From Myxococcota bacterium (lineage in GTDB: Bacteria; Myxococcota_A; UBA9160; UBA4427): a stretch of 64,000 bases of DNA. Positions 9,962 through 20,446 of the stretch are shown here, one piece after another. Position 1 is the first letter of the stretch. Each line of letters starts with the position of its first letter. The notes below the pieces were generated by a model that searched no databases, was not told the origin of the DNA, and saw only the letters and a list, made by a program, of their open reading frames with translations. The translations under genes were made by a program, and so were the position numbers. The stretch spans positions 1,472,001 through 1,536,000 of the forward strand of contig OZ252299.1 in assembly GCA_965250285.1 (NCBI GenBank), in the 5' to 3' direction.

Positions 9962-10612
9962 ATGAGCGCCGAAGCACACTCCGACCGCAGCATTGAAGCC
10001 CTTGCGCATGCCACGCGCGAGCTGATCGATCGGGTCCGCCGAACGCAGGCGCCGGCAGCCGAGCTCGACGCCGCGCGGGAGACGATCGAGTCGATCACCG
10101 CCCAGCTCGACGGTTCGGCGCATCCGGGCCCTTACGCCCAGGCCGCGCTCGACGGCTCACATGGTCTCGTCGGCGAGAGCCACGACCCGATGACCATCTT
10201 TCCGTACAGCCCGCTGATCGGTCGCCGCAACCCGATCGCGCCTCCTGCCGAGTTTCGCGTCGAAGACGGTCGCGTCCTCGGTGAGGTCACGCTCGGCCCC
10301 GCGTACTGCGGCCCGCCGCATCACGTGCACGGGGGCGTCGTGGCTGCGCTGATGGACGAGCTGCTCGGCACGGTGAACGTCGTGAACGGACTCGGAGCGA
10401 TGACCGGGCGACTCACGATCCACTACCGCGCTGCGACACCGCTCGGCGTTCCGCTCTCGCTCGAGGCGAGCCACACCGGCAGTGAAGGGCGCAAGGTGTA
10501 TGCCGAGGGGCGCATCCTCGACGGCGATCGCCTGCTCGTCGAGGCCGAGGGCCTCTTCATTCAGCCGAAGGATGCGAGTCTGTTTCGCCAGAACGGGCCG
10601 GCGCCGGCCTGA
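9962..10612 (+). CDS. PaaI/hotdog-fold thioesterase
   Basis: GPPHHVHGGVVAALMDELLG, TGRLTIHYRAATP and GRKV motifs; start ATG at 9962 with a GAGG RBS. Confidence 0.85.
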   Translation: MSAEAHSDRSIEALAHATRELIDRVRRTQAPAAELDAARETIESITAQLDGSAHPGPYAQAALDGSHGLVGESHDPMTIFPYSPLIGRRNPIAPPAEFRVEDGRVLGEVTLGPAYCGPPHHVHGGVVAALMDELLGTVNVVNGLGAMTGRLTIHYRAATPLGVPLSLEASHTGSEGRKVYAEGRILDGDRLLVEAEGLFIQPKDASLFRQNGPAPA

Positions 10613-10633
10613 CGTCGCCCACGGCGCGCGGTC

Positions 10634-11617
10634 TCAGCCCGCGGTGACCGCCGGCATGACCTCGTCGACGATCAGCTCGAGGCTCTGCCATGCCACCTCG
10701 GGCGCGAGCCCGCCGCAGAGCGGCTGGGTCAGCAGCGGGCCCGACTGCTTGACGTAGGCGATCGCCTCTTCGACGCTGAAGATGCGGTACGGCCCGTTCT
10801 CGGCCCGCAGCGCATCCACGGCGCCGGCCGTCGACTTGGTCGAGGACTCCTGCTCGTCGCCCATCCAGGCTGCATACGCCTGCGCGTCGTGGAGCATATG
10901 GGGGCCGATCTTCTCCCAGGCGGCGTCGACGTCGCGCGCCACGAAGGCGCTCATGACCGTGCCCGGGGGCGGCAGGATGCAGGCGCCGGGCGTTTGCCCG
11001 AGCTCTTCACACGCCTCGAGGTAGTCGGTCTCGATGGTCGGGTCGCCGCCCTGCGCGATGAGGCCCATGCCGAAGCGCGCGGCGCGGCGAGCCGCGATGC
11101 GACTGTTGCCGCCCATCACGAGCATCGGTCCGCCGGGTGTGAACGGCTTCGGCGTCACGTGCACGCGCCGACCCTCGAACTCGAACGGCTCTCCGGCCCA
11201 CGCTTTCTTCATGGCTGCCAACGCCGCCTCGAGTCGCTTGCCGCGGCCTGAGAAGGGGCGCCCCAGCATCTCGGCTTCGCTCGGGACGTAGCCCACGGCG
11301 GTGATGTACGAGACGCGGCCGCGCGAGATCAGGTCGAGCACGGCCATCTGCTCGGCGAGCTCGATCGGGTCGTGCAGCGGAACGATCAGCGCAGCGACCT
11401 GAATGGGGAGCTGCTGCGTCGCCGTCGCGATGGCGCTCGCCAGAACGAGAGGCGCGGGCAGATACCCGTCGGCCGAGCCGTGATGTTCGGAGACTTGAAC
11501 CTGAAGGCAGCCTCGCGTCTCGGCCCAGGCCGACATCTCGATCGCCGCCCGGTAGAGCGCCGCGGTGCGCTCGGGGTCGAGGCCGGGGGCGCGCAGATCG
11601 AATCGCATCGTAAACAC
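10634..11617 (-). CDS. LLM-class (luciferase-like) flavin-dependent oxidoreductase
   Basis: SEHHGSADGYLPAP and DPIELAEQMAVLDLISRGR motifs; GTG at 11617 after AAGGAG. Confidence 0.9.
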   Translation of the reverse strand: MFTMRFDLRAPGLDPERTAALYRAAIEMSAWAETRGCLQVQVSEHHGSADGYLPAPLVLASAIATATQQLPIQVAALIVPLHDPIELAEQMAVLDLISRGRVSYITAVGYVPSEAEMLGRPFSGRGKRLEAALAAMKKAWAGEPFEFEGRRVHVTPKPFTPGGPMLVMGGNSRIAARRAARFGMGLIAQGGDPTIETDYLEACEELGQTPGACILPPPGTVMSAFVARDVDAAWEKIGPHMLHDAQAYAAWMGDEQESSTKSTAGAVDALRAENGPYRIFSVEEAIAYVKQSGPLLTQPLCGGLAPEVAWQSLELIVDEVMPAVTAG

Positions 11618-11935
11618 GGGCTTCTCCTTGCGTGTGCGCAGGCGCGGTCGGCCTGGGGCGGCCGCGCAAGGTATCGCGCGTGCCGCCCCCTGCCGCCCAG
11701 GGCGGTTTGGACGTTCGGGCCTCTCGTGCGTCTTGACCCGAATGGTGAAGCAGTGATAGAAAGGGTGAGGGAGTGTTCTGAAGTCCTTGAAAAGGATGGG
11801 ATTTCTTGCGTCTCGATTGCCTGTCGTCTGCGCATTTCTCACGCGCGGCACCGGGCACGCGATCGCGGGTGCAGGGCGCTCCAGCAAGTGCAGGTTCAAG
11901 TGGTAGCTGGCAACACGCTGTGGAGGTGAATCGAC

Positions 11936-12268
11936 ATGATCGATCCCCGATCGTTGCGACGCGGACGCGTCGCGTTCTTCAACATCCTCATCCTGGCCGC
12001 GCTCGCGCTGGCCTTCGCGACGCCCGGTTGGGCGGACGACGCCGAGGCGACGCCGCCCGAGGCCGAGGCACCGGAGGCGTCGGGCCCCGAGTACGTGCCG
12101 TGCGCCGAGCTCGCGCGACTGAAGTACCCGTTCCTGCGCTGCGTGCGCGGGCCGTCGGGTCGACCGGTGTTCGCAGCTGAAGGCCCCGGCATGGTGGGCG
12201 CGCGCTTGAAGCTCGGCAGCGACTTCGCGTCGGGTGCCGGTGGCTGGGGCGACTCGGGCATCGAGTAG
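11936..12268 (+). CDS. Hypothetical exported protein with a Cys pair
   Basis: GGAGG RBS, Sec-type signal peptide (..ATPGWA), coding-like codon usage. Confidence 0.65.
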   Translation: MIDPRSLRRGRVAFFNILILAALALAFATPGWADDAEATPPEAEAPEASGPEYVPCAELARLKYPFLRCVRGPSGRPVFAAEGPGMVGARLKLGSDFASGAGGWGDSGIE

Positions 12269-12549
12269 CGCTCCGCCCAGTCGCGCGCCGTGTGTCGATG
12301 CGGTGTGGGTCGTGCCGATCGCTCGCTGCCGCAGTGAGCGACCGGCACCGCTGCGTCTGCGATTCGGTCCATGCGTGATCGGCTCTTCGAGTCGGCTGCG
12401 TCGTTCACCGCGAACCGGATCCAATCGTTGCAGGCTGGCGTTCGAAGCGGCTTTCGAGAGCCCGTCGGCGTTGCGGGGCGGTTCCCACGCTAGTCTCCCG
12501 GCCCCGCAGCGCCCCGCGCCCGGCGCCGCTCCACGGGAGAGATGCCGAC

Positions 12550-13623
12550 ATGGACTTCGGCCTGAGTGAAGAGCAGGAGATGCTCCAGGACACCGTCCGG
12601 AGCTTTCTCGAGAACGAGTGCCCCCCGCCGCGTCTGCGCGAGATCTTCGACCGAGGCGACGGGCACGAGCCCGACCTCTGGAAGGGGCTCGTCGAGATGG
12701 GCCTCGCGGGTCTCGTGATCGACGAGACGTACGGCGGCGCCGGGCTCGAGCTGCTCGATCTCGCGCTCGCACAGGAGGTGATCGGCGAGGGCGGGTTGCC
12801 CGGTCCCTTCATGACACACTCGCTGGCCGGTCTCGCGATCTCGATATGCGGCAGCGACGCGCAGAAGCAGCGGTGGCTGCCCGGGCTCGCGGAGGGGCAG
12901 GTGGCGACCCTGGCGCTCTGCGAAGGCGCCGAGGGCTGGTCCCCCGAAGCCTGGCAGCTCACGGCCTCGAAGGGCGTCGTGTCGGGTGCGAAGACCTATG
13001 TGCCCCACGCCGCCGTGGCCGAGCGATTCGTGGTCGGGCTCGCGGGCGGTGCACTGGGCGTCGTCGAGGCCGACGCCGCCGGCGTGACGCTGACCGATCA
13101 GGGCGGGCTCGATCGATCGCGTCCCGTCGCCCGGGTCGAGTTCGACCAGGCGCCCGTCGAGGTGCTCGAAGGCGGCGACGACGTCGCTCGGGTGCTCGAC
13201 GCGGGGCTGTGTCTGCTCGCCGCCGACGCGTTCGGCGCCGCGACGAAGCTCATCGACATCACCGTCGAGTATGCGCAGACCCGCGAGCAGTTCGGCCGCA
13301 AGATCTCCGAGTTCCAGGCCGTGAAGCATCAGCTCGCGCGACTGGGCCTCGACATCGAACCGACGCGATCGCTCTACTGGTACGCGGCGCACGCGTTCGA
13401 TCACATCGAAGACGACGCGGCCCGGGCGGCGGCGCTCTGCAAGAGCCACGTCACCGATCGCGCGGTCGCGGCCGGCCGGATGTGCGTCGAGCTTCACGGC
13501 GGCCTCGGTTTCACGTGGGAGTGCGACGTCCAGATCTGGCTCAAGCGCGCGCTCTTCGATCGCGCATTCCTCGGCACGCCCGAATCGCTGCGGGCACGCT
13601 GCGCCGATCTGGCCGGCTGGTAA
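12550..13623 (+). CDS. Acyl-CoA dehydrogenase (short subunit of a tandem pair)
   Basis: MDFGLSEEQEML, REQFGRKISEFQAVKH and LHGGLGFTWE motifs. Confidence 0.92.
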   Translation: MDFGLSEEQEMLQDTVRSFLENECPPPRLREIFDRGDGHEPDLWKGLVEMGLAGLVIDETYGGAGLELLDLALAQEVIGEGGLPGPFMTHSLAGLAISICGSDAQKQRWLPGLAEGQVATLALCEGAEGWSPEAWQLTASKGVVSGAKTYVPHAAVAERFVVGLAGGALGVVEADAAGVTLTDQGGLDRSRPVARVEFDQAPVEVLEGGDDVARVLDAGLCLLAADAFGAATKLIDITVEYAQTREQFGRKISEFQAVKHQLARLGLDIEPTRSLYWYAAHAFDHIEDDAARAAALCKSHVTDRAVAAGRMCVELHGGLGFTWECDVQIWLKRALFDRAFLGTPESLRARCADLAGW

Positions 13624-13633
13624 GGAGGCTCTG

Positions 13634-14845
13634 ATGGATCTCGAATACGGAGAAGAGTACGAGGCCTACCGCCGCGAGGTGCGCGCCTTCCTCGAAGGGT
13701 GGCCGCTCACCGGAGCCGAGGCCGAGCTGCCCAAAGACGAGCAGGAGAGCCTGTTCCGCACGCGGGGCATCGAGGCCGGCTACGTCTATCGATCGATCCC
13801 CGAGGCGTACGGCGGCGCGGGGCAGGCGCCTGACGCGATCAAGGATGCGATCGTGCGGGAGGAGTACCTCGCGAAGGACGCCCCCGGCGACCTGTTCTCG
13901 CAAGGGGCCGGGTTGCTCGCACCGACGCTGCTCGATTTCGGCAGTGAGGAGCAGAAGAAGCGCTACATCCCGAAGGCGTTGACGGGTGAGGAGCGCTGGT
14001 GTCAGGGCTACAGCGAGCCCGGCTCGGGCAGCGATCTGGCGTCGCTCCAGTGCCAGGCGCGGCTCGACGGCGACGAGTGGGTGATCAACGGACAGAAGAT
14101 CTGGACCTCGAACGCCCAGGAAGCCCACATGATGTTCGGGCTCTTTCGCACCGAGCCCGACGCCAAGAAGCACGAGGGCATCAGCTATCTGCTGATCCCG
14201 ATGGATTCGCCCGGCCTGACCGTTCGGCCGCTCATCGAGATGACCGGAGGCCACGAGTTCAACGAGGTCTTCTTCGACGACGTGCGTGTGCCGGCCGGCA
14301 ATATCGTCGGCGAGCGGGGGCAGGGCTGGCAGGTGTCGCGGGCCACGCTCGTCCACGAGCGCAACCTGATCGGCAATCCCAACATGACCCGCGAGACGTT
14401 TCAGGACGTCGTCGAGCTCGCTCGCAAGACGATGCGAGGGGGTCGCCCCGCGATCGAGGATGCCGCCGTGCGGCAGCGCCTCGTCGAGATCGAGGGCTAC
14501 GTCCGAAGCCTCGAGACGTCGAACATGCGTCAGTTCACGGCCGGCGTGCGGGGGGAGCCGCTCAAGGTGATGCGGCCGATGATGATGAACAAGCTCTACT
14601 CGACCGACGTGATGCAGATGATCACGAGCGCGGCGTACGACCTGCTGGGCGGCGATGGCCTGCTGGCGCCGTCCGCCGAGGATCTCGAGGGCTGGGCGCG
14701 CACGAACTCGGCGACGGGCTGGGTCAAGGCGTACCTGTTCTCACTGGGGCCGGCGATCGCGGGCGGGGCCAGCAACATTCAGCTCAACATCATCGGGGAG
14801 CGGGGCTACGGCCTGCCGCGCGATCCGCGCCCTCCGAGCGCTTAG
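13634..14845 (+). CDS. Acyl-CoA dehydrogenase
   Basis: WCQGYSEPGSGSDLASL, NGQKIWTS, FNEVFFDDVRVP and IAGGASNIQLNII motifs. Confidence 0.92.
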   Translation: MDLEYGEEYEAYRREVRAFLEGWPLTGAEAELPKDEQESLFRTRGIEAGYVYRSIPEAYGGAGQAPDAIKDAIVREEYLAKDAPGDLFSQGAGLLAPTLLDFGSEEQKKRYIPKALTGEERWCQGYSEPGSGSDLASLQCQARLDGDEWVINGQKIWTSNAQEAHMMFGLFRTEPDAKKHEGISYLLIPMDSPGLTVRPLIEMTGGHEFNEVFFDDVRVPAGNIVGERGQGWQVSRATLVHERNLIGNPNMTRETFQDVVELARKTMRGGRPAIEDAAVRQRLVEIEGYVRSLETSNMRQFTAGVRGEPLKVMRPMMMNKLYSTDVMQMITSAAYDLLGGDGLLAPSAEDLEGWARTNSATGWVKAYLFSLGPAIAGGASNIQLNIIGERGYGLPRDPRPPSA

Positions 14846-15065
14846 CAGGCCCCTTTTCATGCGTTTGGCACGCCCGTGTCGGCAGCGAATCGTCCTTGGG
14901 AGGGCGTCCGACTGCTAGAATGCGGAGCGTTCGGCCCGTCGGCGCCCCCGCCCGCATGGATTCAAGATGGGGGGCCGAGCGGCCGATCCCCGCCGAGCGG
15001 GCGCACCCCCGTGGACCGGTTTCGGGCACGGCACCGGGCGTCCGCGTGGCGAGAGCGGAGGCCGC

Positions 15066-18000
15066 GTGACACCTCGTTCCGAAGTCTGGGATCAGCAGGA
15101 TTCCGACCGGCATGTCACCGGGATGGCTCGCAGCCTCATCGAGGCCCCGGCGAAGGACATCAGCGGCTTCATCCGCGAGGCGATGGAGCGGGCCCGAGGC
15201 TGGGCGGCGGCGGATCGCATCGCGCTCGTCGTCTCGCACCCCGACATCGATGATGTCTCGTTTGCGTCGGCGGGCGGCGACGGGCTCGTCGATGCGTTGA
15301 GTGATCTGCTGCAGCGGGCCGATGGGCCGGGACCGTCGCCGTTCGACGCTCTCATTCGCGACGGGAAGAACGTCGTGGTGCCGAGTCGCGACGCGCTGGG
15401 TGATGCGCAGCTCGAGGAGCGCGCGGCGCTCGAAGCGTCGGGGACCCGGTCACTGGTCGCCGTGCCCGTCCTCGGCCCCGATGGGCGTCGGCTCGGCTGC
15501 CTGGCCCTCGATGCCACGTCGCGAGAGCGCGAGTGGGAGCTCGGTCTGATCGGCCGCGTCCGCATGCTGGCCGAGATCTGGACGAGCATCGTGCAGCGCG
15601 CACACATCGACCTGGCGCTCGAGCGCAGCCAGGTCCGGTTCGAAGCCCTTTCGACCTTCAGCAACGACATCGTCTGCGAGTTCTCGGAGAGCGGCGAGCT
15701 CGTCTTCGTGAGCCCGGCCGTCGAACGCGCGCTCGGCGTACCGGCGGAGCGTGTGCTCGGCCGGGCGTTCCTCGACCTGGTGCACCCCGAGGATCGCGAG
15801 CGCGCCGTCGAGTCGCTTCGATTGCGGCCGAACCTCACCTCCGACTACGTCACGCTGCGGCTACGCCGCAGCGACGGCTCGTATCTCTGGGTCGAGGCCG
15901 ACGCGTCGAGCTTCCCCGATCTCGGTGGGCCACGTCGGATCCTGGCGCTGCTGCGCGACATCTCGCACCGCTATGAGCGACAGGCGCGTCTCGAAGAGCA
16001 ACTCGCGATGGAGCGCGAGGTGACCCGACTCTCCCGTGAGTTCGTGGGGCTGCAATCGGCGAGTCTGGCGGAGGCGTTCCGCAACGCACTCGAGTCGTCG
16101 GCCACGATCGCCGGCTGCGATCAGAGCTACGTCGTGATCACGATGCCCGACCTGAACGCGGGCGAGCCCGAGATGCACGTCTGGACGCGTCCCGGGATCG
16201 AGGCGGCCCCGATCTCGTCCCAGGGCGTCGCGGGCAAGGCGTTTCGTTGGTTCGGGCACAAGCTCGTCCGCGGCGAGGCGATCGTGCTGCCGACCCTCGA
16301 TGCGCTGCCCGAGGAGGCCGCAGCCGAGCGCGAGTCGCTCGAGCGTCGCGGCATCGATTCGTACCTCGGTCTGCCGCTCATGGAGGGGGATCGCACGGTC
16401 GGCGTGCTCGGCTTCGTCACGATGGGTCGGACGGCGCTGTGGAGCGACCATCAGGTCACGATGCTGCGGCTCGTCGCCGAGCTCTTCGGGGCGGTGTTCC
16501 GCCGCGCCCGGAGCGAGGCGCAGGTGCGTGAGCGCGAGGAGCGCTTTCGCGTGCTCGCCGACCAGTCGCCCGACCCGATCATCGAGGTGGCCCGGGACGG
16601 CCGGATCCTCTTCGCGAGTCGGGGCTTTGCCGCGCTGGTCGGTGACCCCGAGGAGGACTGGGTCGGGCGCAACGTGATGGAGTTCGTCGCGAAGAAGGAG
16701 TGGCGCCGGCTGGGCGAGCTGCGTGACACCGGTATCTCGGGGCGCTCGATGCCGCCGGCGGTCTTTCGATGTCACCACGGCGACGGGCGCGACCGGTTTC
16801 TCGAGGCGAGCCTGCGCGCCCTTCAAACGGCGGGCGGCGATCGCCACGCGCTCGCGACCCTGCGCGACGTCACGGCCCGACTCGAGACCGAGCGCACCCT
16901 CGAGCAGCAGCTGCTCCTCGAGCGGCAGATCGCCAACATCTCACGCGACTTCATGACGCGCGATCTCGCGCACTTCGATTCGGATCTGCGCCGAAACATC
17001 TCGGTCGTCGCCGATCTCACGCGCGCCGATCACTGCGCGATCATCTCGTTCGAGACCGGTGAGGGCGGCGGCGCCGAAGTCTTCGAGTGGTTCAACGACG
17101 AGGTGTCCGAGTCGCAGCGCACGCCGATCGACCTCGACCCGGCCGACTTCCCGGTGCTCACCGATGCCCTTCGCCGCGGGGAGACGTTCCACGTCGATCG
17201 CGCCTCCGATCTGCCACGCTCGGCCGAGAAGGAGCGTGCCTCCTTCGAGCGCTACGGCGTGAAGACGTTCCTGGCCGTCCCCTTCATGCGGAACGGGCGC
17301 CTGGAGGGCGTCTTCGTGTTGTCGTCCCTCATCGACGAGGTGGAGTGGAACGAGCAGGACATGGCGATCCTCAGCCTCGCGGGCGACATCCTCCACGGGG
17401 CGCTCGTCCGCCGGCACGGCGCGCGGCGCCTCGAACAGAGTCAGCTCCAGCTGCTCCAGAGCCAGAAGATGGAGGCGGTGGGCACGCTGGCTGGCGGCAT
17501 CGCGCACGACTTCAACAATCAGCTCGCCGTCATGCTCGGCAACGCGCGGTTCGTCCTCGAACGCGCGCGGGAAGGCGACGAAGAGCGCGACGCCCTGCTC
17601 GATCTCGAGCGCGCAGCCGAACACTGCGCACAGCTGACCCGGTCTTTGCTCGCATTCTCGCGCCAGACCGAGCAGGCACCGCGCACACTCGACGTCGCGA
17701 GCTGGCTCGACGACGTCGCCGAGCTCGTGCACCCGCTCCTGCCGTCGAACATTCTCCTCGATCTCGACGTCGCGCCGGGTGTCGCCGCGGTGCACGCCGA
17801 CGAGACCCAGCTGCAGCAGGTCATGGTCAACCTGCTCGTGAACGCCCGCGACGCCATGCCGATGGGCGGGCGCATCGGCGTGCGAGCCGGGGTGCGGACG
17901 CTCGGGCAGAACGAGCGCGATCTGCTCGGCGTCTCGAGCGCCGAGGTGGTCGAGCTGACGGTGAGCGATACCGGGGTCGGCATGTCCGCGGAGGTGAGCG

Positions 18001-18602
18001 CCCGCATCTTCGAACCCTTCTTCACGACGAAGCCGCTGGGGGAGGGCACGGGGCTCGGGCTCGCGACGGTCTACGGCATCGTGCAGCAGTGCGGGGGCAG
18101 CGTCACCGTCGAAAGCCAGGTCGGGAAGGGGACGACGTTCCGCGTCGTCCTGCCCCGCCACGATGTCGCGGCGGCTGTGTCGCAGCGCACCCGCGATCTC
18201 GAACCGCGGCCGAGTCACAGCTTCGATACGGTGCTGCTCGTCGAAGACGAGCCGGCGGTCCGCCGCGTGGTGCGGCGCATGCTCGAGCCGCGCGCCAAAC
18301 GTGTGATCGAAGCCCGCAACGGCGACGAGGCGCTCGAGCTCGTCGGGGATCGTCTCGATCAGATCGACCTCGTCGTGACCGACATGGTGATGCCGCGCAT
18401 GGGCGGCCTCGCCCTCGCGCGCAAGATGGCCGAGCAGCGCCCCGATCTGCCGACGCTCTTCTTGAGCGGGTATCCCGATGACGACCTCGATCTCGAGCTC
18501 GATCCCGGACGGCGTCGGCTCTTTCTTCAGAAGCCGTTCACGCAGCGCGACCTCGAGCAGGCCCTCGAGGCGCTGCTGGCCTCGACCCGGCCCTCGGCAT
18601 AG
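15066..18602 (+). CDS. Cytoplasmic hybrid sensor histidine kinase (GAF-PAS-GAF-PAS-GAF-HisKA-HATPase-REC)
   Basis: GGIAHDFNN H-box, NLLVNARDA, DTGVG, FTTK, GTGLGL, receiver LLVEDE...TDMVMP..KPF; start chosen from a GGAGG RBS. Confidence 0.9.
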   Translation: MTPRSEVWDQQDSDRHVTGMARSLIEAPAKDISGFIREAMERARGWAAADRIALVVSHPDIDDVSFASAGGDGLVDALSDLLQRADGPGPSPFDALIRDGKNVVVPSRDALGDAQLEERAALEASGTRSLVAVPVLGPDGRRLGCLALDATSREREWELGLIGRVRMLAEIWTSIVQRAHIDLALERSQVRFEALSTFSNDIVCEFSESGELVFVSPAVERALGVPAERVLGRAFLDLVHPEDRERAVESLRLRPNLTSDYVTLRLRRSDGSYLWVEADASSFPDLGGPRRILALLRDISHRYERQARLEEQLAMEREVTRLSREFVGLQSASLAEAFRNALESSATIAGCDQSYVVITMPDLNAGEPEMHVWTRPGIEAAPISSQGVAGKAFRWFGHKLVRGEAIVLPTLDALPEEAAAERESLERRGIDSYLGLPLMEGDRTVGVLGFVTMGRTALWSDHQVTMLRLVAELFGAVFRRARSEAQVREREERFRVLADQSPDPIIEVARDGRILFASRGFAALVGDPEEDWVGRNVMEFVAKKEWRRLGELRDTGISGRSMPPAVFRCHHGDGRDRFLEASLRALQTAGGDRHALATLRDVTARLETERTLEQQLLLERQIANISRDFMTRDLAHFDSDLRRNISVVADLTRADHCAIISFETGEGGGAEVFEWFNDEVSESQRTPIDLDPADFPVLTDALRRGETFHVDRASDLPRSAEKERASFERYGVKTFLAVPFMRNGRLEGVFVLSSLIDEVEWNEQDMAILSLAGDILHGALVRRHGARRLEQSQLQLLQSQKMEAVGTLAGGIAHDFNNQLAVMLGNARFVLERAREGDEERDALLDLERAAEHCAQLTRSLLAFSRQTEQAPRTLDVASWLDDVAELVHPLLPSNILLDLDVAPGVAAVHADETQLQQVMVNLLVNARDAMPMGGRIGVRAGVRTLGQNERDLLGVSSAEVVELTVSDTGVGMSAEVSARIFEPFFTTKPLGEGTGLGLATVYGIVQQCGGSVTVESQVGKGTTFRVVLPRHDVAAAVSQRTRDLEPRPSHSFDTVLLVEDEPAVRRVVRRMLEPRAKRVIEARNGDEALELVGDRLDQIDLVVTDMVMPRMGGLALARKMAEQRPDLPTLFLSGYPDDDLDLELDPGRRRLFLQKPFTQRDLEQALEALLASTRPSA

Positions 18603-18667
18603 CGAGGGGCGGTCGCGGCGACCTCCCACGCTGGCCGGGGCCCCGGGCACGGCGGCTGTACGCCCCG

Positions 18668-20086
18668 TCAGTCGTCGCCGATCTCTCGCCGATGGATCGT
18701 CGCAGCCGCTGCGAACGCGGTTGCGGCGGCGATGGCGCCCAGCGTGTAGCCGCCGAGGTAGGGCTCGGGATCGGTGGCCTCGGCACACAGCGCCGTCAAG
18801 AAACTGATGCCGGCGACGGCGCCCACCGATCCGGCCATGCCGAGGGCCGAGCTCGCGATGCCGAAGTGGCTCGAGGCCACGGCGTTGCCGACCACGGCCT
18901 GGATCGAGGGTTGCGTGAAGCCGAAGCCGACGCCGGCGATCACGAGGCCGAACACGAGCGCCGTCAGTGCTCCGAACGATGAGCGGTCGACGAGCGCTGC
19001 GGCGACGCAGAAGCCGATCATCGATGCGGTGATCAGGCCCGTTCCGATCACGGCCGTGCGACGCTCACCGACTCGCATCGCGACGCGACCCGAAACGGGA
19101 GACGCCAGCGCGAACGCGATCGGCCGGCAGATCACGAAGAGCGAGGTCGTCGTCGCATTGAAGCCGAAGACCTGGATCAGCAGCAGCGGGCTGATGATGA
19201 AACCGCCCATGTAGGCGAAGTTCATGGCGAAGTTCACCACCAGCGGCGAGACGAAGTTGCGCTCGCGAAAGAACGACAGCGGGAGCAGGGGGCTGTCGGC
19301 GCGGCGCTCGACCCGCACGAAGAGCGCGAGCGCGAAGGGCACTGAAGCGAGCGCGATCAGCACGCCGGGGTCGAGGGGCCCCCAGACCGGCGAGCGGTTG
19401 ATGGCGAACGTCAGGCCGAAGGCGGCGATGGCGAGCGTCGCTGCGCCGAGTCGGTCGAGCTTGACCGCCTCGCCGCGCTCACTCTCCTCGAGGACGCGCG
19501 CGGCGTAGACGATCGCCGCGACGCTGAGCACGGCCTGAACGGCAAAGATCGGTCGCCAGCCGACCGAGTCGACGAGCACGCCCCCGACCGCGAGCCCGAG
19601 GACGGGCGCTCCGGCGCTGACGAGGCTGACGTAGCTCATCGCGTGGACGCGCTCGCGCGGCGGGTATGCGTGAAAGAGCAGAGCGGTCGATGCGGGCATC
19701 GTCGCTGTGCCGGCGAGCTGGCCCAACACCCGGAAGCCGATCAGGCTGGCGGCGTCCCAGGCCAGGGTGGTCGCCGCCGCCGCGATGGCCGCGATCGCAA
19801 AGCCGATCAGATACACGCGCCGGTGCCCGTAGACGTCGCCCATGCGGCCGAGCACGGGGAGCGACAGGGCCTGGGCGAGCATCGGGCCCGTCATCACCCA
19901 GGCGATCGTCGCGACGTCGGTGCCGAGGTCGTCGGCGATCGGGCGCAGGCTGACGCCCAGAATCGTGATGGTGAAGGTGCTGGCGAAGATGCCGCCGAGG
20001 CAGGCGGCCAGGACGCGGGAGCGGCGTGCCGCGTCGGCGACGCCGGCCGGCGCGGCGACCGGGTCACGATCGGAGAGGGTGGACAA
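18668..20086 (-). CDS. MFS transporter (DHA2/EmrB-like drug efflux)
   Basis: GRMGDVYGHRR MFS motif A; about 14 hydrophobic segments. Confidence 0.88.
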   Translation of the reverse strand: MSTLSDRDPVAAPAGVADAARRSRVLAACLGGIFASTFTITILGVSLRPIADDLGTDVATIAWVMTGPMLAQALSLPVLGRMGDVYGHRRVYLIGFAIAAIAAAATTLAWDAASLIGFRVLGQLAGTATMPASTALLFHAYPPRERVHAMSYVSLVSAGAPVLGLAVGGVLVDSVGWRPIFAVQAVLSVAAIVYAARVLEESERGEAVKLDRLGAATLAIAAFGLTFAINRSPVWGPLDPGVLIALASVPFALALFVRVERRADSPLLPLSFFRERNFVSPLVVNFAMNFAYMGGFIISPLLLIQVFGFNATTTSLFVICRPIAFALASPVSGRVAMRVGERRTAVIGTGLITASMIGFCVAAALVDRSSFGALTALVFGLVIAGVGFGFTQPSIQAVVGNAVASSHFGIASSALGMAGSVGAVAGISFLTALCAEATDPEPYLGGYTLGAIAAATAFAAAATIHRREIGDD

Positions 20087-20446
20087 GAGGCTGCTCGGGG
20101 CGCGTTGAGCGTGGGGACCGGTGGGTCCGGGGCCCCGGGGCGGCGCAGGCTAGTCGAGCGACGGGCGGGGGGCAATCGAGCCGAGCTCGGCCGGTTCGCG
20201 GCCGCGCCGGCCATTCCCGGCAGCTGACCGGCAAGGCGGCGGCAAAACATGCGCTGCGGATCGATTGCGTCGGAATATCGGAAATCTCGGCCGTTTTCGG
20301 CGCCACGTGTGTTTGGAAAGGGCCACATAGACAAAGAGCCGCGCGGGTCCGCCCACGCGAGAGGGCTCCCCCCTCCGGGAGGGGCCTCACCGAGCGGACG
20401 GACCGAGTGGCTCACTGGGAAGGGGCGAGCGCGAGGAGTGCACGCG

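Noticed and set aside
11618..12772. Long N-terminal extensions in the ORF track (LLM 712 aa, thioesterase 440 aa, hydrolases 461/515 aa, subunit I 630 aa)
   Set aside because: Internal starts with clear RBS or stop-start overlaps give family-typical lengths; the extensions overlap other genes or look non-coding
14864..14880. TTGGCACG as a sigma-54 promoter for the hybrid kinase
   Set aside because: The -12 GC is missing at the required spacing
20272..20296. GGAAT...CGTT as an ECF autoregulatory promoter
   Set aside because: Spacing is shorter than typical ECF promoters; unsupported without comparative data
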